From Monocercomonoides exilis PA203 (lineage: Eukaryota > Protista > Preaxostyla), in NCBI GenBank assembly GCA_001643675.2, contig LSRY02000015.1, positions 1,240,001 to 1,304,000 of the forward strand: a stretch of DNA of 64,000 bases, written 5' to 3'. Under the pieces are notes generated by a model, which was not told where the DNA came from, made no database searches, and saw only the letters and a list, made by a program, of their open reading frames with translations. Below are positions 59,001 through 64,000 of this stretch, piece by piece. How positions within the stretch are numbered: the stretch's first letter is position 1; every line of letters begins with the position of its first letter. The translations under genes were made by a program, and so were the position numbers.

Positions 59001-62000
59001 CTCCACACCCATCTCCACTCACCTTCGTCATCCCCGTGATGCTCGTGCTCTCCACCCGAACACTCCCACCCCCTCCACACCACACAGCACTGCTGCTGCA
59101 CTTTCCAACAGCCTCCACTCTGCTGTTCTGCATCACCAAGCTCCCCATCTCCCTCACTGCAAATATCCCCTCCTGTGTGCTGCTCCTTGTCCCACTCACC
59201 ACTGTTCCATCAACGAGACCGCTTGTCCCGCTTCCACGCACACTCAGCAGCCACCCTCCCCCAAACACAACACCACTTGCACTGAACCGCGTCATGTTCA
59301 CCTTTCCACCAACCACCACACAGAAGCTGTATCCAACAGCCACTCCTGCCCTCTCGCTCACCACTCCGCAGTCATGCAGCACAAGCTCCTTTTCTGTGCA
59401 GCACACAAACGATTGGCTCCCTGAAAGACTCTCGCAAAGACCGAATGTGATGTTGGTGAATCGCGTCGAGATCCTCGTCTCCACCAGCCCACATTCCAGT
59501 GCTGCTCCACCCCCAGCCACTCTGATCTGCGTTCCCTTGCTCTTCACAGACACCTCATACCCATACCCCTCAAACACCATCCCTCCCTCAAACTCATACG
59601 GCTGCTCCAGCTGCATCCGCCGCACTGACGATCTGAAATGTGTCGCCTTTGCATACTCCATTGTCGAGCACGGTGCCACTCCAAATCCACACATCACATG
59701 ATCCACCCCTGCCCTGCCGCTCACAACCACAGTCGTCGGAAACGTCCGCCAGAACAGAACAATCGGCACTGCTGCTCCTATCTCCCTCGCCTCAAACCCC
59801 ATCACCTCCTCCAGATTCTCCTCATCCACTGCAAACCCAAACCTCTCCTTTTCACACATTCCCCTGAGTTCTGCTCCCACCACAAACACATTCTTCCCAT
59901 GCACCCCTTCATTCTCCCACATCTTCACCATCGCAAACATAAAATCTCTTCCCCCTCCTGCACAGTCGATCATCATCCCTCCCCCAATCCCTCTTTCTTT
60001 TTCCCTCTTCTCTGCTCGGCACTTCCCAAACTCAGTCGTGGTTGTCTTTGCACTCGAGTTCCCAACCATCACACTCCCGCCTGGCTGCAACTTCACCATC
60101 AATCCCCCTCCATTTCCATCTCTGCACACACACCCAACCAGCTTCCATTCCGTCACCTCCAGGCATTCTCCATCCCCAACCCTCACATCCATCACTGACC
60201 CATTCCCTTCATCGCGCACAACCCTGCCAAACTCTGTTCGCACAAACTCCACATTCCCAGCAGACCCACACACAACCATCGCAGTGCTCCTCAGCTCAAT
60301 GTTCACAAACAAGCAGTCTGCAAACTTCGCCACCCCATCGCTCACTTCCACAAACCCCACCTGAAACGGGTTTGCCTGCGCTTCTGCCTCGCTTTGAAAC
60401 ACACACTCCTTCGCCTCCACAACTCCCTTCCCAGTCATCTTCACCACACTCGATCCTGCCGATGAGCTCGAGTTGTGAATCACACTGAACTTGCCCATCC
60501 TCAATTCTCCACTTGTCACTTCAAACAGCCCAGACCCTGCTGTCACTCTCTCAGATATCACTTTCGAGTTGTCTCTTCGATCCCCATCAAACACCATCGT
60601 GCATTCCCCAACATTCACACTCATTTCTCGGTATTCTCCCTCCACCACTGTTATCTTCCGCCTCTCTCTCACACTCAACGCATGCTTCACTGTTTTGAAC
60701 GGTCTTGTGCGATCACCCCACCCAACTGTGTCTTCTCCTCTTCTCCAGCTCACATACAACTCTGCAAACGAATCACTCGCTGTTGGTGGATTTGGCAGCC
60801 ATTCGGTTTTGTTCACTTCCCCATCCGTGGCTCGGAGATTGGCACTTGTCGAATAACAGTATTTAACATCTTCATCTTTGATAATTCCAATCCAAATATC
60901 ATGAGTCGAAATGTCAGCTCCAGCATTTTCCACATTCAACGAATTACCACTGAAAAATAGGAAGGTAATGCATGCACCAATCGGAGTTCCATTATTCCAA
61001 CAAAAACTCAAAGCACCATAGTTATTGGCACAGCAATTACTAATTGTGCAATCGCTTATTGTTGCATTTCCATAACCTGACCAATAATTGAGCCCTCCTG
61101 CATTGATCGAAGCATTTCCATTCTTCATGATGCAAGATGACACTGTTCCACTTTTATGCTCACAAATACAAAGCAAACTGTAATATTGCGCAGAGCAATT
61201 TAAAAAGTTGCAGCATTTAACTTTATAATTTCTTGAACCTCTAATATAAATTCCTCCACAAACATAAGAGCAATTTGAATTTGTCACATTTGTGTCAAAA
61301 ATAGCGGAGTTCATTATATTTCCAATCATTACACTTCCTCCATGATATGTATAATTTTGATTCTCATTTCCACTAAAGCATTCATTGAACCAGCACCGCA
61401 ATAATTCGCATGTTGTTGACTCACCAAAAATAGCTAAAGCACCACCGCTGTCTGTTGGCGATGTGCATTTGAAAAAACAATCAGTCATTTTTATGTCTCC
61501 TTCTGCGAAGACTTTTCTTTCATTGAATGTCTGATTTTTCTCTTCGACTGCACTGTTGGCACAGCCCACATATGATGTATTTTTGCAGCTGAACGAAATC
61601 TTCGATGGTGCCACCACTGTTCCGTAATATGGCTGGAAGCAGTCCACAAAATAACTGCCTGACACTTCACATGTCTCTGCGAAAAGCTTCAGTTCTTCCT
61701 GTTTTCCATTTTCTGCTCTTCCTCTTGTGATGTTCTTGAAGTTGCATTCCATCACACTGATTCCCAACGATCCACCACACAAAAGTGAAGACTCTTTCAT
61801 TCCAATTATCGCATCAACAAAACCAGATTCTCTCAAAACAAACTCCAAATACTCGTTTCCTTCAATCAGCGGTGCCTTCAGGCAACCAAAATCTCTTGTT
61901 GGTATCATTGAAACATTTTCCATAATTGCCTTCCCGCTTCCAACTCCAAATGGCTTTTTGCTCAGATCCATCCCTCCAATTTCACAAGCAAAAAGCTCTA

Positions 62001-62346
62001 TCAGGGATCTATCGTTCGCTTTCAGAGCGAAGGCATTCTTCGAGCATTCAATCTTCATTCCTTCAAAGTGCACACTCGAATTCTTCACCACAAAAATACC
62101 CTTTTCTTCGCTCGGCGAGGCGACTTTCGCAACCTTCAGCATTTCATCCTTCACAATATCTCTCATAAATGTGTTTCTGATTTTTTCATTCGCAAATGCA
62201 GAAGCAAATGCTGAACCGCTCGTATTCGTCTTTCCTTCGTTTTCGTAGAAATCAGTTATTGACCGATTATCAAACCCATCTCTTCCTTTCCCTTCTGTGT
62301 GCGAGACAATTGCAATCACAAAGATGGCAATGCAAAAAATTGTCAT
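50032..62346 (-). CDS. Giant (~4100 aa) intronless receptor-like protein: repeated beta-helix modules, one TM helix, degenerate protein-kinase C-lobe
   Basis: Uninterrupted 12.3-kb frame; ATG at 62346 precedes a signal peptide. Eight GxDxxxCG-type module starts, TM WTFIIAVIFIVLFLIVLVISVVLAV, and kinase remnants LRWKAPELL, FSIGMMLWECLTLQIPF and RPTLVEL. Confidence 0.9.
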   Translation of the reverse strand: MTIFCIAIFVIAIVSHTEGKGRDGFDNRSITDFYENEGKTNTSGSAFASAFANEKIRNTFMRDIVKDEMLKVAKVASPSEEKGIFVVKNSSVHFEGMKIECSKNAFALKANDRSLIELFACEIGGMDLSKKPFGVGSGKAIMENVSMIPTRDFGCLKAPLIEGNEYLEFVLRESGFVDAIIGMKESSLLCGGSLGISVMECNFKNITRGRAENGKQEELKLFAETCEVSGSYFVDCFQPYYGTVVAPSKISFSCKNTSYVGCANSAVEEKNQTFNERKVFAEGDIKMTDCFFKCTSPTDSGGALAIFGESTTCELLRCWFNECFSGNENQNYTYHGGSVMIGNIMNSAIFDTNVTNSNCSYVCGGIYIRGSRNYKVKCCNFLNCSAQYYSLLCICEHKSGTVSSCIMKNGNASINAGGLNYWSGYGNATISDCTISNCCANNYGALSFCWNNGTPIGACITFLFFSGNSLNVENAGADISTHDIWIGIIKDEDVKYCYSTSANLRATDGEVNKTEWLPNPPTASDSFAELYVSWRRGEDTVGWGDRTRPFKTVKHALSVRERRKITVVEGEYREMSVNVGECTMVFDGDRRDNSKVISERVTAGSGLFEVTSGELRMGKFSVIHNSSSSAGSSVVKMTGKGVVEAKECVFQSEAEAQANPFQVGFVEVSDGVAKFADCLFVNIELRSTAMVVCGSAGNVEFVRTEFGRVVRDEGNGSVMDVRVGDGECLEVTEWKLVGCVCRDGNGGGLMVKLQPGGSVMVGNSSAKTTTTEFGKCRAEKREKERGIGGGMMIDCAGGGRDFMFAMVKMWENEGVHGKNVFVVGAELRGMCEKERFGFAVDEENLEEVMGFEAREIGAAVPIVLFWRTFPTTVVVSGRAGVDHVMCGFGVAPCSTMEYAKATHFRSSVRRMQLEQPYEFEGGMVFEGYGYEVSVKSKGTQIRVAGGGAALECGLVETRISTRFTNITFGLCESLSGSQSFVCCTEKELVLHDCGVVSERAGVAVGYSFCVVVGGKVNMTRFSASGVVFGGGWLLSVRGSGTSGLVDGTVVSGTRSSTQEGIFAVREMGSLVMQNSRVEAVGKCSSSAVWCGGGGSVRVESTSITGMTKVSGDGCGVHVERQAGKTNEVVIFNCTLRNCGVEMEKRGGGGVYGEVGETSQMSLEQCTFAGCAAPVMGKKGKGGGVYLVLESVGSEFVIKQPVFEDNRAEHGRNVFVMSPSLRESIVLERLPFFEAVGEEFDENEMEGVEEEEQSVVIPLGYYLLAPPVAVYVSESGTDTTACGFRSYMCRSVGYSLGRIVGKLKVVEVVSGVSVDEDLVLDSVDGYVVRGSVKGVGMKMVGDGSGGSGMVEVLGVVKMRQLEFVLEETLNGMKEGVFLIGFVTASGLFEECKAVCDENVDHCEFGLFVVERGSLTVVEMEICSVVFSSFGGVVVGSGGCAEVRGMKASMVGGEGAKGMFECLEKGELKMRNCSVSGWSSTGCGVVGDRHGKLVEVKNSSFSGVAIEGGDGGVVSMAVGDGEVAVVSEVKIEGSKTRRGNGGGMWVEVSGSGSLSVGSTETEAKTAMGMCEAEKGDGEGGYGGGMYLECVNGGSEFSVFGVRFEEGEKKNHGVSGGDNVYVMGGDLVKLVRREKMDLEMPGEEGRLGEFEGYDVERSMTVPLAVFVGEWMAPVYVGGESGVDYPLCGYEWYPCSTIGFAGEVRSVQGKADVVLQESFVFLERMVLAGEGEMEIHGGEGKREIIVEKDGREAGDGLIEVKMGVEVSRVVFCVPSRFECERKSLFVCKEKELAVRKCGMKMRVSGEKCMYSFVVVIGGKVNLEKLSVEYVEFEGKGMMEFDGEGACGVIEGMELEGVKTVGASGLVVGRKAEEVVIGNSSVVGGEQEDSSVAVVEEKCSLKMRNVSVRQMKRRMGNGGMMVWKVGNGKVVDMKNCTLTEGSTGRGIRGGGCYVEVFAGGTLLCQESTVSWCLAPSESGFGGGMYVWFRSVEMKYGMKDMGFSENSASAGRDVFVVCAEPRVVLNVQYWSGTTREEEDEEARKRLWVVDGEPAVDVSQSIFVYLYPSLNEVVFVEAGGRSDDMCGFSETPCDTVERGFGRMGETKFVLQVKSEATLNGSINRHGKSLTIRGSNTKGVMNVGRMGHVEVVEGGEQASLVLSKLLVKLPAESENEEFVAMSVGVVMIVDCEFDGEESEGGSGSSVASVWVGNVKGGEMQIERVTVRGIEFCGGGIVRVGDGRVELGFVTVEDVKTNGEGMIDGENGSEMEMSGITMERCEMVMGSGVVVKRGKRCRVENNSMFTGCVSEEGDGGGLKCEVAEGGVVVIENSTFEGCEARGSEGKGGGMYMSVVGESREDCFAVKGCAFERNRAGEGADMFVVCEDLNATILPKRFEMELVGEDGVSKVELRGRDNGRFARESIDLLLFLVKFSGDEVHVSEGSGMDVLGCGKEEIACGTLWCGIGHLKEESGQEGQKVVVSDRCVVSDCFVFERGTMICGPEAEEAKQAKMQVESELKSDGCEAVMWSGERLSVRMFVISLPQVFGSGQSMVLGTEGGVVNVSNVGFEWRESGVVGHRIVSTLKGMLNVQNCSVRGASFEKVPFAVHSSVVVESLEADGIASEGSRAGGVMEIELSGEEKAVLRSTNARGCKCSVSEGRGGFVHVNGSEARSASLLTLRGVVFEGNEAWKGKNVYLECADLNGSVNEETFVFEFGEMEKDSNLFVGSDGIHKDTDLFRFLVGYENWMVHVSWSGHDVKRCGSEADPCHTFWKGMGQMEAGQGKRKMVIGEKSEIRDEYKVRDFEVVSFGGSDEKRAKSEMVFGMGAGGKGGHLEGEGNLELSYLTMSAMAGFVNKEGSLVTSRSGMLMMKDCKLSWDGDRDSVMEVSFVQAVRGQMVLEDVRADSVSVGRSMIVASHEVSVQVRGMRVSSCNISSGSVIEVVASSASTISRADLGVKSGVRRQQKERNSEERGLVVNGSEFEFVKGAGDGSRVVSYLDWMGKGVELVDCVFTGCEGAGNEKGGAIFVEVGADGWYELRECRVEKCGCSTEKGRGGGMYVRTDGAGKLGMLIAPKKFEANTAFAGRDVFVECDNLRRQINETHFRMSFDEDVFVRQNAILGIDRSEQSREPMDLLDLILVYHADTIIVSSAEGRNGEDKRQCGVVEQPCLSVGYGLTHVSHKVESRLIVDGKSVVDREMEFEEVSVLSRGRAAAEVAVAGQIEGERRRVVECRGAVEMRLLAFQFAEVMKEGHCVLFGCSEGSVSLEGCEFSPVEGADASAVHLTLIEASGAEVYISDVKVAKLEVECVCEVEGVGVSGNVVFERLKVEEVKVGRRAMGLSWQVGGRQEGMGSCEVLLCSLGNVSFGDEEGRIAEIDVGGCLVEVFNSSFVNEWKGKRQGELALFGHCTDMKIVSCLFCGGKGSEENGCEEEEKVLFGLSEVCKWNGSVVELEGSAGVMRDTRVEKSGAGGLLVDGGKVRVEKGEFVENKVHIAGYESVRRNVRCSGGGEVDLRSLKGGDGAKENSSLWILEEGCSLLGIAAERASPLFIPELEEVEMKEEGENMHLVAKGGLLLPCNLSLKVIFRRGDEEATEGYEFDEEGFVWEKEAHARIPLVKVTEADEEIEISCFVKFGSATAPSYTRSVVLKNRSEPKVNGDDKIVEGKKERKSSWTFIIAVIFIVLFLIVLVISVVLAVRWKKIKNEAEDLREIVNDNIKKDPKAFEMVTMEMSPEEQWRRAENEAEKKNEERMKKRIYDTNLQHSESSEHLLSESESTEYILGKDSDKIPQWMLEKDEEEEIRKRTPSPSISSTSTTDSDSTFVRGEDLCPTTSSMSNLVDAMACSSPHEKLIVDLRDSLFMLLHGRNKTKEMAIGTLKERERTAAQILFWVANGALHSFDEMENPLQSLNNLSPHIVLFSEHMVICIVMRSDLLSDDDSDSSSISSSTVVTSASGNDDDESDSLPSSAFEDEDSFKKECLRWKAPELLNGKKKHATKESVSFSIGMMLWECLTLQIPFGDYEAETAGEKIKNGERPNMGVIETSSFGETTKACVTLQAKSRPTLVELKREFFGHFPAEMVVVTASDAIDDENVSDVGRGSDIGSSSFSDTSFL

Positions 62347-62892
62347 TCCCCAATCTTTCTTCAAAATGATAAATACAATAAATATCACAAAAAAAAAGGA
62401 AAGATAAATAAATTCTCAAATGGGTTTGATCATGCCTTTTTGTGTTTCTCGTCGATTTCATTGATTTCTGTCTTTCGTTCCATTCCATTTGCATTTTCAT
62501 ATCTATGATATTCCAATGTTCAGTTGGAAAGAAATTGTTTCTTTGCAATATTCTTTTATTTTCATAATTCTAATTGATCTTAAAAATTCGTTTTTGATGT
62601 TGTTTATTGAATCTTCATAAGTTTTGGCACACTGCTTCTTAAATGTGCAAGCTTTTATTTGTTTTTTCAATTGGTTGTTACTGTGAGTGATTGCTATTTA
62701 AAATAGAATTGAATTATAAAAAGACTAAGATTTTTTAAATCGAGTCGCAAAAACATAAGATTTTTAAAAATAATTATTACAAAAGAAAAGAAAAGAATAA
62801 ACTGAAAATGTCTCCCAACAAGGCCATGAATGTGGAAATAAAAATTTTTTATAACTATGAAAGCAATAATGTGTGAATGGTATTGATCAAAA

Positions 62893-63863
62893 ATGTCGAG
62901 GCCAGAAAACATTGCCCCTCCAGAAATAGTTTATTTATTAATTTTTGTAAGATGTAAAAATATAATTTAAAATGATTTTCATGATGAAACTGTAGTTTTA
63001 TGGTGAAGAAGAAGCAACAAAATACACAAGAAAGTTTATCTATTCTTTTGGCTGTATCTTTTGATTCACTTATTTGTTTATTTTCCATTTAGTACAAGAA
63101 TAATCCATATTCAGAGAAAGATTGCTCTGCGGGCACTTGAACTTCTGGCGCTCCCTCCAAAAATGCCTGCTCTAATTCTTGATGTTGGCTGCGGTTCGGG
63201 GCTAAGTGGGGAAGTTCTTGACGAGCTTCCGCATGTGCACTGGGTTGGAATCGACATTTCTTCACATATGCTTGGTGTGCTTAAGAATTTTGCAAATTAT
63301 ATTTTTTGGTATTTTCAAAATTTTTTTGAACAGCAATTGCTAAAGAGCGCGAAACAGGCGGAGACTTTGCTAGATCTGACATTGGTGAAGGAGTGCCATT
63401 TAAGCCAGGATCTTTTGATGGCATTATTAGCATTTCAACGATTCAGTGGCTTTTCAATGCAGATTTCAAGGATGCAAATCCTCGTCGACGGCTGAAAATG
63501 TTTTTCCAAACTCTTAATCACTGCCTCGTAAAGGGAGGAAGGTTTTTGATAATTTGAACACTTTTAATATGTTACCCGATTTTTTTTTTCTCTTTTTCTT
63601 TCTTTCTTTCTTTTCTTTTTTTCTTTTCTTTTCTTTTTTTTTCTTTTTTTTTTTTTTTTGCAATTGTAATTCAAGGGCTGTACTTCAATTTTATCCTGCA
63701 TCACATGAGCAAGTTCGAGACCTCCACCAAGCGGCAATTTCTGCTGGATTTGGAGGAGGAATGCTTTGTGATTATCCCAATTCTACACGTCAAAAAAAGT
63801 TTGAAACATATTTATTGTATTCAGTTTCAATTTTTATTTTCATTTAATTTTTATTTCTTTCTT

Positions 63864-63900
<37 letters not shown>

Positions 63901-64000
63901 ATTTTCCACAATTTTCTTGTAACACTTCCTTTATCCAACCTTGATGTTTATGCCGTGGCTGCCTGTTTCCGTTCAGATGGTATTTTGTGCTATTTTCTGG
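62893..64000 (+). CDS. BUD23: 18S rRNA guanine-N7 methyltransferase (Bud23/WBSCR22); continues beyond the window
   Basis: MSRPENIAPPEIFYGEEEATKY, ILDVGCGSGLSGEVL, GIDISSHML, FDGIISISTIQWLFNAD, RAVLQFYP and GFGGGMLCDYPNS..KKWYFVLFS across five GT-AG introns. Confidence 0.95.

Noticed and set aside
50112-62248. Many long plus-strand ORFs (e.g. 51014-52948, 53872-55569, 55148-56506)
   Set aside because: These are antisense shadows of the G-rich giant minus-strand gene, with S/P/T/H-biased translations and no motifs.

Overview
AT-rich, intron-containing eukaryotic DNA read with the standard genetic code. It is most consistent with an oxymonad (Monocercomonoides-like); this is inferred from gene style, especially the giant intronless GG(A/G)-rich surface proteins with a degenerate kinase tail. 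1-12.7 kb is a decay zone: a disrupted coiled-coil gene, a pogo-type transposase relic and a TA-flanked MITE. 13-35.3 kb is a compact housekeeping block that I spliced by hand: SF-assemblin/beta-giardin, START-domain protein, PHO80-type cyclin, a very large SMYD-like SET protein, short-form RPA1, ERCC1, an ENT-domain protein, a 4x RanBP2 zinc-finger protein and a multipass membrane protein. A nest of small inverted-repeat elements sits at 30-32.3 kb. 35.8-62.4 kb holds three single-exon type-I membrane proteins (about 1640, 2090 and 4100 aa). They share beta-helix-like modules and a conserved juxtamembrane domain but carry three different cytoplasmic tails, one a pseudokinase. A Tc1/mariner relic lies between the second and third. 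BUD23 runs off the right end. The best candidate for an undescribed system is this modular receptor family. Family assignments come from motif recognition only; no searches were run.
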